Shown: in pieces, positions 39,935 through 48,050 of the stretch
Numbering within the stretch: the first letter of the stretch is position 1
Layout: every line of letters starts with the position of its first letter
Source: Candidatus Bathyarchaeia archaeon
GTDB lineage: Archaea > Thermoproteota > Bathyarchaeia > Bathyarchaeales > Bathycorpusculaceae
Direction: 5' to 3'
Length of the DNA: 64,000 nt
Assembly: GCA_050010755.1 (NCBI GenBank)
Contig: JBEKKK010000001.1
Span: forward strand, 1 to 64,000
Position numbers and translations under genes: made by a program
The notes under the pieces: generated by a model
What the model saw: only the letters and a program-made list of their open reading frames with translations
Databases searched by the model: none
Told to the model about the DNA's origin: nothing

Positions 39935-40752
39935 GCAAGAACAACATCCTTCTCGGCACATCGGGATGGAGCTACGAAGAATGGGAAGGACCATTCTACC
40001 AGGAAGGAGAAAAAAGGAAGCTCAGAGCCTACACCAAAGTGTTCTCAACAGTCGAGATTGACTCAACGTGGTACCGATACCCCACAAAGGGAACAGTCAT
40101 GGGATGGCTGAAATACTCACCATCAGAGTTCGTGTACACCGCCAAAATGCCCAAACTCATCACCCACGAGAAGAAACTAGGCCTCAAAGGAAACATAGAC
40201 GCAGATCTGAAAGCCTTCTCCGAACTAATGTTGCCCCTCCAACAGAGCGGAAAACTCGCCTGCCTTCTCATCCAGCTCCCCCCAAGCTACACCTACAACC
40301 CTGAGAACCTAGAGTCATTCTTTCAAACGCTCGACCCAAGGTTCAGGTTCGCCGTCGAATTCAGACACCTCTCCTGGATGAGAGAAGAGACCTGGCAACT
40401 CCTAAACAAGCACAAAATAGCCTACACCAACGTTGACGAGCCGCTGCTACCTCCCGACGTCCACCTGACAACCGATTTTTCATACTTCCGATGGCACGGC
40501 AGAGGCAAAAAACCGTGGTTTGATTATTATTACACCGAGGAGCAGCTCGACGAGTGGATCCCCAGATTGAAGGAAGCCGCCGGAAAAATCAACAAGGTCT
40601 ATGGATACTTCAACAATCACTTTCACGGATACGCCCCCGAAAACTGCCTACACATGATTCGAAAGCTCGGACTAATCACAGAACAACAAAAAAAGATCGA
40701 AGAAAGAACACGAGCAAAACAAGCAAACCTAGGCGACTTCTTCAAAAGCTAG
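39931..40752 (+). CDS. DUF72-domain protein
   Basis: GTSGWSY..W..FY, VEIDST.Y, QLPPS, EFRH.SW and YFNN. Confidence 0.93.
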   Translation: MSKNNILLGTSGWSYEEWEGPFYQEGEKRKLRAYTKVFSTVEIDSTWYRYPTKGTVMGWLKYSPSEFVYTAKMPKLITHEKKLGLKGNIDADLKAFSELMLPLQQSGKLACLLIQLPPSYTYNPENLESFFQTLDPRFRFAVEFRHLSWMREETWQLLNKHKIAYTNVDEPLLPPDVHLTTDFSYFRWHGRGKKPWFDYYYTEEQLDEWIPRLKEAAGKINKVYGYFNNHFHGYAPENCLHMIRKLGLITEQQKKIEERTRAKQANLGDFFKS

Positions 40753-41045
40753 CTGCTCCAAGCACTCGGCAACCGTGAGGAAAGAGGTGCAAGCTTTCTC
40801 CTTTCTGCATAAGGGAGAAGGGAAAGAAGAACAATGTAAGTGGTCTGCTTGCACCTCTAGTTTTCCCAATTTGGACATGATCGCTTAAAAGGTTTGTGAC
40901 ACATTGTTTCATAGGTTTCAGTCGCCCACCTTGTTCGCAGTGCAGGCTGAAGGCGGGAACAGGTGGATCGATTCTTGGAATACGTGATTCTGATTTTGTG
41001 ATTCAAAAAGACGGGAGAGCGGTCGACAAGGATTTTGAGAAGTGA

Positions 41046-41180
41046 CTAGAAAAGCAGAAAATGAATAACCCCATAGCCGATAACGGCGAACACCAAAGAG
41101 ATTAAAGTCAAAAGAACCCTGTCAATCCTCTGTTCCTCATCGAGTTTTCCATCAGCACGGGAGAGGCTCATGTTGCTCAC
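41046..41180 (-). CDS. Putative 44-aa single-TM protein (not in the ORF track)
   Basis: MSNMSLSRADGKLDEEQRIDRVLLTLISLVFAVIGYGVIHFLLF with AGGAG RBS. Confidence 0.55.
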   Translation of the reverse strand: MSNMSLSRADGKLDEEQRIDRVLLTLISLVFAVIGYGVIHFLLF

Positions 41181-41282
41181 ATCTCTCCTGTTTAAAGCTC
41201 TCAAGGAAAGGTTTTATGAAGCTAAAATACTTATTTCAGAACCCTGAAGCCGCGGATTTCAAGTGCTCAACAGGGTCCAAGC

Positions 41283-41377
41283 GGGCTCGTAGTCTAGCTG
41301 GCTAGGACGTCGCCCTCACACAGCTTAGTTGCTGGAGGAAGCGGCGAAGATCCCCGGTTCAAATCCGGGCGGGCCCA
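41283..41377 (+). tRNA. tRNA-Val(CAC) with a 21-nt anticodon-loop intron
   Basis: GGGCTCG..CGGGCCC-A acceptor, TTCAAAT T-loop and TCGCC/GGCGA stem; intron at 41320-41340 (36/37) or 41321-41341 (37/38). Confidence 0.9.
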
Positions 41378-41421
41378 CTATAAGCACGAAGTTTAATATG
41401 TCCTAATTAACCATAGCGCGG

Positions 41422-41655
41422 CTATCTCGGTTCGAAAGATATCAGAGTCACTGTCTCCGTTATCCCGGGGATTCTGCGTATTTTGTCGAAAATGAATTCG
41501 TCAAGGCTCTCTTTGGTTGCAAAGGCAACTTCAACGTGTAAATCGTAGATGCCAAGGGTGGAAACTGCACTTCTAACACCGGGCAACTTCTTGACTTTTT
41601 CCATTACTTCGTCCTTTCCGGCTTCGACTTTTGCCAATACGTATGCCGTGACCAA
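41422..41655 (-). CDS. Stand-alone Lrp/AsnC ligand-binding domain protein
   Basis: AYVL.KVE.G..G.YDL..IRRIPGITETVTLI. Confidence 0.88.
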   Translation of the reverse strand: MVTAYVLAKVEAGKDEVMEKVKKLPGVRSAVSTLGIYDLHVEVAFATKESLDEFIFDKIRRIPGITETVTLISFEPR

Positions 41656-41703
41656 CGCATACTCCACTCGAAGATGCGCGAGCTACAAGATAGTCAAATG
41701 GTT

Positions 41704-42288
41704 TTATCCGAGATGTGTCGGTGTTGTAGTCATAGCAAAGTAAAGCCAAGCGCCGGCAAATATGAATGCAGCTATTGCCCACAGCCACCTAAACCACCTG
41801 TTCTCAAGGTGCATTGCTGGAACCGTAAGTAACAACACAATTGCAGGTGCCAGGTAGAGCAAAGTGGTTTCCGTCGGGTTCGACGTGAGCTTATATTTCC
41901 ATATTGAATAAGCATCGGAGATCAGGTATAGGCCCAAGACAGCAGCGAAGTAGGTGCATGCTTGCACCCCTCTCCCGCGAAACAGCGCCGCAGCGCCCGA
42001 CAGCAGCACTAGCCCTGCAAGCGCACCAACGCCTCCGAACAAAATGTTATAGGCCTGGAGGCCTGAAGGGAAAAGGCCAAGGGTGATAGTTATGCTAGTG
42101 AGGAAGATGTAAAAGCCGGTTGCTCCCAGCGCAACTCCCAGGCCCGACGCTATGTTCTTCTGTCCTTCGTCGATTGAGTCTGTAGACGGCTTGTAACGAA
42201 GTCTGAGCGCTGCAACTCCTAGTATTACTCCGCTCGCAGCGATGCCCCACATCATGCTATCCAAATAATCTAAAGCTGGTGCGGTCAA
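41704..42288 (-). CDS. DUF981-like membrane protein
   Basis: DYL..M, P....YNILFG and Y.LT..P with about six TM segments. Confidence 0.72.
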   Translation of the reverse strand: MTAPALDYLDSMMWGIAASGVILGVAALRLRYKPSTDSIDEGQKNIASGLGVALGATGFYIFLTSITITLGLFPSGLQAYNILFGGVGALAGLVLLSGAAALFRGRGVQACTYFAAVLGLYLISDAYSIWKYKLTSNPTETTLLYLAPAIVLLLTVPAMHLENRWFRWLWAIAAFIFAGAWLYFAMTTTPTHLG

Positions 42289-42352
42289 TATTCATTACTC
42301 CAACCATTTTTATCTTTTCTATAACACAATCGGTATAAAAGCTTTCTGTTTA

Positions 42353-42610
42353 GTGCTGACGCGTGGTCTGAGATTCATCGTTGCAACCTCTCTCCTGCTC
42401 GTAACCTTCTCGCCCGTGCTTTTCTTTTCCGGCGCCTTCGAACTAGCATACCTGCTCCTTGCAATTGTTCTAGGCGGACTGATATACACACTGAACGTAG
42501 GGCTCTTCCTCACACCAACAAAACGAACAGCGTGAACAGTCTTCAAATTCTCTAGCCCTCATCTTGCCCTGATATTTCTTGCATTGATAACCCACTCAGT
42601 TCCAATTTAA
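42353..42610 (+). pseudogene. C-terminal remnant of a heme o synthase (CyoE/CtaB-like)
   Basis: ..PTKRTA*TVFKFSSPHLALIFLAL; the in-frame TGA sits where W is expected in the AW..FK.SSPYLA..F motif; 5' part missing. Confidence 0.65.
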
Positions 42611-42664
42611 TTCAACTTCCAAACGTACGAAAATGCCCCCCGAGACTGGGATAATCAAAGAGCC

Positions 42665-43609
42665 TTAGCGCAAGACAGACCAAAACGCTGAAAGAACATA
42701 TGCAATTACTAGTAGCACGCCGAAAAGTAAATGCACTCTTATCGTTGACACGTTTGCCGTAATAATGGATTGCGGTTTCTCGTAGTACTTCCTTGCCGTG
42801 GTGATTGCGTTTATCGCCAAAGGAAGAGTAATTAGAACGATTAGCGAGGCAAGCGGCATCAGTCTCAATACAACCATCACCGCCGTCCAAGCATAAGCTG
42901 CCATGACAATGACTCCATACAGGTCTGCTCCTTGCTTCCTCCCGACTCTCACGACGAGGGTTTTCTTACCAACCGCCTTGTCCGCAGTGTAATCTGGAAT
43001 CTCGTTGATCCACAATATTGCGGTGATAAGAAAGCCGACTGGTACAGAAGCGACTAAAGGGCCCAGAAGCAAGTTCTTGCTCTGAACGTAATAGCTACCC
43101 AAGACCATCAACGGACCGAAGTTCAGACCCACCACCAGCTCGCCGATTCCACGTGTTGCCAGCTGCGTAACGTAGAAATATCCAGATACGACGCCTATGG
43201 CGCCCAGCAGCAAGACGCCCCATCCGACAGAAACGAAGAGTACGATGCCAATGAGACCGGCCACGGCAAAAAGGCAAAGAGCTGCAAAATATGCCCTCCG
43301 CGGACTGACCAGATTCTCCAGCAAAACTCGACTCCCCCCACTTATCGGTGAAAGCCCCTCGGTGTTGATTGCGTCACAGCCGCTTCGAAAGTCAAAATAG
43401 TCATTGATGATGTTTGTCCCCAAATGCAGGCACATCGCCGCCACTAGCGCCAAGGCAAAATATGCAGGATTAAAAGCTTTGATGGCCGTCCATGCGATGA
43501 CAGCCCCCAAGGTAACGGGAATTATTGTTCCCGTCAAAAAAGGGATCCTAGCCAGTCTCGCCCAAATCATGAACGAACGACGAAACCCTTGACCTTTAGG
43601 AGTGTCCAA
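42665..43609 (-). CDS. menA: 1,4-dihydroxy-2-naphthoate prenyltransferase (UbiA superfamily)
   Basis: R.PFL, N..NDYFD..G.D, GGSR, G.GE and NE.PD..D...GK.TL.VR.G. Confidence 0.88.
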   Translation of the reverse strand: MDTPKGQGFRRSFMIWARLARIPFLTGTIIPVTLGAVIAWTAIKAFNPAYFALALVAAMCLHLGTNIINDYFDFRSGCDAINTEGLSPISGGSRVLLENLVSPRRAYFAALCLFAVAGLIGIVLFVSVGWGVLLLGAIGVVSGYFYVTQLATRGIGELVVGLNFGPLMVLGSYYVQSKNLLLGPLVASVPVGFLITAILWINEIPDYTADKAVGKKTLVVRVGRKQGADLYGVIVMAAYAWTAVMVVLRLMPLASLIVLITLPLAINAITTARKYYEKPQSIITANVSTIRVHLLFGVLLVIAYVLSAFWSVLR

Positions 43610-43614
43610 TCTGG

Positions 43615-44598
43615 CTAGCCCTCGAATTCGTCGACATAGCCAGAAAACCGCATTAGATAATTCTTGAACTTGGAATCCCTGACGTCTTTCAAACTCGAAT
43701 GAGATTTCTCTATATATTCTGCTATTTTTCCCTTACAATAACTAAAAGCCCCGGACTCTTCCATCCTGTCTTTCATTCTTTCCATATCAGCCAAGGTGAC
43801 TTTTCTATTTCCAAAGTTCCTCTTCATCAAATCCCTCGCCGCCTCGTTTCCGTGTTCATACACGTGAAGGAATGGGAGAGTGACGTTGCCGTTTCTGAGG
43901 TCGCGTGAAATCTGATTCTTGCCCAACAAATCGTCAAGATCATCATTGAGCTGATATGCCATTCCGAAATACTCACCAAACTTGGCCAAGGCTTCAACTT
44001 CCGAAGGCGTGCCTCCAGCCGCCAAGGCCCCGCAACGGGTCGCACATCTGAAGAGAGAAGCGGATTTCTTCTCTATCTTTGTGAAATACTGCTGCTCAGT
44101 TGCATCATCCAGAGAAAGAACAGCATCGATGTATTCGCCGTCTGAGAGTTCTAGCCCGCCGTCGGATAGGATTTTCATTATTTTCGGTCCATAGTCCGTG
44201 GCAAGATTTACGGACAAGGCGATTAGAGCATCTCCTGCTAAGATTGCCCCTTTTGTGAACCATTTTGAATACAGAGTCTTCATTCCGCGGCGGCAGGTGT
44301 CCTGATCTATTATGTCGTCGTGGACCAGTGTGGCAGTATGTAAGAGTTCGAATGACAAAGCGAGATTGGTCACTTTCTTCGGGTCTCCGCCGACGCTCTG
44401 AGCACTCAGCACTGTTAGTATTGGTCTCAGTCTTTTTCCATTGGATAACAATGCAAATTCCAGCAAGGGACGAAGGCTGACATCAGAAATCTTCGAGAGC
44501 AGCTTTTCAAGCTCAGACTCGATTGAACGTTTCATGCCAAATACGTATGAATGAAAATCCTCACTAGTGCAGCTGACCAATTGGCTCCTGGTTCTCAT
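43615..44598 (-). CDS. Polyprenyl diphosphate synthase
   Basis: GKRLRP, LVHDDIID...RRG, AILAGD and YQLNDDLDD. Confidence 0.93.
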   Translation of the reverse strand: MRTRSQLVSCTSEDFHSYVFGMKRSIESELEKLLSKISDVSLRPLLEFALLSNGKRLRPILTVLSAQSVGGDPKKVTNLALSFELLHTATLVHDDIIDQDTCRRGMKTLYSKWFTKGAILAGDALIALSVNLATDYGPKIMKILSDGGLELSDGEYIDAVLSLDDATEQQYFTKIEKKSASLFRCATRCGALAAGGTPSEVEALAKFGEYFGMAYQLNDDLDDLLGKNQISRDLRNGNVTLPFLHVYEHGNEAARDLMKRNFGNRKVTLADMERMKDRMEESGAFSYCKGKIAEYIEKSHSSLKDVRDSKFKNYLMRFSGYVDEFEG

Positions 44599-44745
44599 GA
44601 GCAAATCATTTCCTCGGCTGTTGTAATCAGCAAAAGTTGGGTGCAGCAAGATATAATGCTTTTTGTTATGACGATTAGGTTGATAATAATAATGAAATGC
44701 ACAAATAATCTATAAATAACAGGCCAGATAGAGGTGTTGACGTGA

Positions 44746-45465
44746 GTGAAAACATTGAATGAATCCGTCCTCCACCGAACCCTAGGCAGCCCATCCAGAG
44801 TGCAAATACTGCGGCTACTCTATCGAGGACCACTGAGCGTGGAAGAAATGGCAACGAAATTGGATCTGCAGCCTATAACTATAAGGCATCATTTGCAGTC
44901 CTTGATGGAAGCAGGGATAGTTGAATGCCACGAAGAGAGGTCAGGAACAGCAGGGCGGCCGAAAGCATACTACACCGTTGCCAAAACAGCTCCATCTACT
45001 AGTTTTCCCAAAAGACAATATCAGATTCTATCAGAATCTCTAATCAACAGCATGATAAAAGAATTTGGAATAAACAAGACGAAGGCGCTGCTCAAGAAAA
45101 TCGGCACAAACATGGGAGAATTCGCCGTAAAAACGCTTGAGTCCGAGCACAACATAAAATCTTGGTCCCCGAAGGATTACGAGACGTACATGATTCGTGG
45201 ATATTTTGAACAAGAGGGAGCGGAGCCTGAAATGCTTGAAGCGACTGGCAATAAAATTGTATACAGGCTTCACAACTGCCTTTTCCAAGAGCTGTCGGTG
45301 AAGATGCCCGAGATAATGTGTGATGTTCTTCATGAAAGCTTTCACGAGGGCGTTATCAAAGCAATTGGCAAGGACTTGAAAATAGACCGCGCTACTTGCA
45401 TGGGACACGGCGACCCTTATTGTGAACACGTTTGCGTGTGGCCACGCGCACCAAGAAAACCGTAG
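44746..45465 (+). CDS. ArsR-type HTH regulator with Cys-rich V4R/SufR-like (COG2345) sensor domain
   Basis: TIRHHL..L, GRP...Y and HNCLF..C..TC..GD..C. Confidence 0.85.
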   Translation: MKTLNESVLHRTLGSPSRVQILRLLYRGPLSVEEMATKLDLQPITIRHHLQSLMEAGIVECHEERSGTAGRPKAYYTVAKTAPSTSFPKRQYQILSESLINSMIKEFGINKTKALLKKIGTNMGEFAVKTLESEHNIKSWSPKDYETYMIRGYFEQEGAEPEMLEATGNKIVYRLHNCLFQELSVKMPEIMCDVLHESFHEGVIKAIGKDLKIDRATCMGHGDPYCEHVCVWPRAPRKP

Positions 45466-45771
45466 ATTGCAATAGCACTCAAATGGGAAAATCTGGAGAC
45501 AGCACGCGCGCTCGTTAGCTTAGGACGGAAAATGAACTACTTTCCCACGGTTTCAAGCATAATCTCGACGGTTTTCGCTCTTCCACTTTCATGGTGTATC
45601 GCAAAAGAACAAAGAGGCATCAGCCAATATCGGCAAGTTCCTTGTTCATGTTCTTCATTACAACTCTGACGCGCTGATGCCCTTGACTTGGGAGCAGAGG
45701 TTGAAGGCAGGGAATTTAGGTGAAAGTGAAGTAGCGCGCGGGCGCACTTGCTTGGAAGGTTCTGAATTCCG

Positions 45772-46296
45772 TCAGAATTCTGATAGGCGCTTCCAGTTGC
45801 TCCACTTTCGTATTATGAGCGCATCCACACTGTGGTTACCATATTTCGCGCTTCTCTCGGCTATTATCATCGCGGCGAAAACGAAAGCGTAAACTGCTGC
45901 AGTTCCAATATCCGTCGAGCCAGGTCCATAAGGCCCGCCAAATCCTTCAGGAACAGCCCATATCATCAGACTGTACAGTGCACCGACAATATACACTGTC
46001 TTTCTCAAGAAACCCACGATTAATACAAGCCCGAGCAGAATCTCGATCACCCCTATTGAATAGTAGACAGCGGTGGGTTGGGAAGTTACCGAGCTCAGCC
46101 AGAAACTGTACCAAGGATGAAGCCATGAAGGTGCGCCCTGCCCAGCTGTCTGAACCATGTTCACTATATCTGATGGTTGCAGGTAGGTGAATTTTATCAA
46201 CCCATCTATCAACCACACTATTCCGAAAGCAATTCTAAATGCAGTAAACGCATTCAATGATTCTGTTAGCGCACGCACGCGCTTGCGTATTTTCAT
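45772..46296 (-). CDS. DoxX/DoxD (TQO small subunit-like) membrane protein
   Basis: RI.FG..WL..G..K, E..LGL.LI.G and W.VPEGFGGPY.PGSTD.G. Confidence 0.78.
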   Translation of the reverse strand: MKIRKRVRALTESLNAFTAFRIAFGIVWLIDGLIKFTYLQPSDIVNMVQTAGQGAPSWLHPWYSFWLSSVTSQPTAVYYSIGVIEILLGLVLIVGFLRKTVYIVGALYSLMIWAVPEGFGGPYGPGSTDIGTAAVYAFVFAAMIIAERSAKYGNHSVDALIIRKWSNWKRLSEF

Positions 46297-46545
46297 GTTT
46301 AAATTCCACCAATGTTTACAAATTTTATATAATGATTATAATAATTACTTAAAACTTTGCACAATATGCTCGCGCAAATGACTCTTGAATGCGATACAGA
46401 AAACGCTTCATATCTTGACATCTGACTTAATCTCCAAACCTAGAGACCTTACTATCAAGGCGCCGAACTGGAAGACCAGAACCAGAGCACTTCTTGGACG
46501 GATGATAAGCTGCTGACAAAAATCCTACAGCAAACAAGTCGCCAA

Positions 46546-47448
46546 TCATGCTTTGGCTACAGCCGGAATTGGAGTTTTTATCTTGTCAAGAATCTTTTTC
46601 AGAGACACCACGTTCCTGCCCAGACCAAGCTCTTTTGGGTCCAACCCGAACGCGATCCCCATGAGTTGCGTGAAGTAGAGGATAGGCATGTCAATCTTCA
46701 AGTCATATCGACCTTCTACATCTTCTTGTTTAGCGTCAAGATTAAAGTGACACATAGGACAAGGAGTAACTATGCAGTCAGCCCCGATGGCCTTCGCGCT
46801 CAACAGCACGTCCTTGGTCATCTCAAGCATGACACTCTCATCTGTCAGAGCTAATGAAGCCCCACAACATCGGGTCTTGTCAGGGTAATCTAGGCTTTGA
46901 GCCCCCACGGCTTCGATAATTCTATCCATGGATTTCGGGTGTTCAGGGTCATCGAAACTTCTTACCTGCGGAGGCCTCACGAGCAAACAGCCATAGTAGG
47001 GTGCAACCTTCAAACCCTTCAGCGGCACTTTAACGTTCTCGGCAATCTTTGACGGCCCAACGTCATTTATCAGCACGTCGAGATAGTGTCTGACTTTGAC
47101 TTCGCCAGTGAACTTCAATCCTGCATCGTTGATTATTTTGTCAACTGCCCCTTTGAGGTTAGGATCTTCGTGAAGCATTTTGCTCGCTCTTGACAGGGTA
47201 AAGAAGCAGGCGCTGCAGAGGGTCACTATCTCCATGTTCATGGCTTCCGCGATCGAAAAGTTTCGGGCAGACAGAGACAGGGACAATTCTGGATTGTAAG
47301 CGTGGACAGCGTCAATGGATCCGCAACAGTTCCAATCGGGTATTTCCACGAGCTCTATCCCGAGGACCTTGTTCACGGCCATGCATGACATTCCATATTC
47401 GTGTGCAGACGCTTCTACCGAGCATCCTGGAAAGTATGCGTATTTCAT
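46546..47448 (-). CDS. hdrB: Heterodisulfide reductase subunit B
   Basis: Two CCG domains (DWNCCG, YYGC, CCG, CPMC). Confidence 0.95.
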   Translation of the reverse strand: MKYAYFPGCSVEASAHEYGMSCMAVNKVLGIELVEIPDWNCCGSIDAVHAYNPELSLSLSARNFSIAEAMNMEIVTLCSACFFTLSRASKMLHEDPNLKGAVDKIINDAGLKFTGEVKVRHYLDVLINDVGPSKIAENVKVPLKGLKVAPYYGCLLVRPPQVRSFDDPEHPKSMDRIIEAVGAQSLDYPDKTRCCGASLALTDESVMLEMTKDVLLSAKAIGADCIVTPCPMCHFNLDAKQEDVEGRYDLKIDMPILYFTQLMGIAFGLDPKELGLGRNVVSLKKILDKIKTPIPAVAKA

Positions 47449-48050
47449 TTCTGTACCTCCTCTTTTTTCTGAGCACTTTTGAAAATGGCTTCTATGTCCT
47501 TTGAATGCTTTACTCTGGATGGGGTAACTTTCACTTTTCCTTTTCGAAACATCTCCACCCCGAAGAGCATGTTGTTCAAGACCTCTTTGGGACTGGTTTT
47601 CTTCATGAGCTTGACCTGTAGCTGTGGCTCGTGCATTCTGCCATACTTACCCACGATTTCAGTGAAGGCCTTGTGAAACTTCGGTTTAGTCGGAATCTTG
47701 GCCGGAACCTTGTTCTCCATTGCCATGTTCTTCAACGATGACATTATGAGTGGAATGTCGATTCCTCTCGGACATCGTGAGGTGCAAGTGTAGCACGAAG
47801 CACAAATCCATATGGTTGAGCTTGAAAGAACATCATCTTTCAAACCCAATTGCACCATCTTTATGATCTGCATCGGACTGTAATCCATAGCGAACCTAGC
47901 GTGGCAAGAGCCTGCGCAGATTCCACATTGAATACAATCGAGTATCCTTTTTCCAGCTGCAGTTTTCTTCATCTCCACCAGAAATGTGGAGTCCGCTTTC
48001 TGATTCATTATTGTGTTTTTCTGCACTTGTTCCACGCTAACTACCTCCAA
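47445..48050 (-). CDS. hdrC: Heterodisulfide reductase subunit C
   Basis: CIQCGICAGSC and W.CASCYTCTSRCP. Confidence 0.95.
   Translation of the reverse strand: MEVVSVEQVQKNTIMNQKADSTFLVEMKKTAAGKRILDCIQCGICAGSCHARFAMDYSPMQIIKMVQLGLKDDVLSSSTIWICASCYTCTSRCPRGIDIPLIMSSLKNMAMENKVPAKIPTKPKFHKAFTEIVGKYGRMHEPQLQVKLMKKTSPKEVLNNMLFGVEMFRKGKVKVTPSRVKHSKDIEAIFKSAQKKEEVQK

Noticed and set aside
45470-45770. Possible gene fragments between the regulator and the doxD-like gene
   Set aside because: Short open stretches between GCGC motifs, but no family could be recognised.
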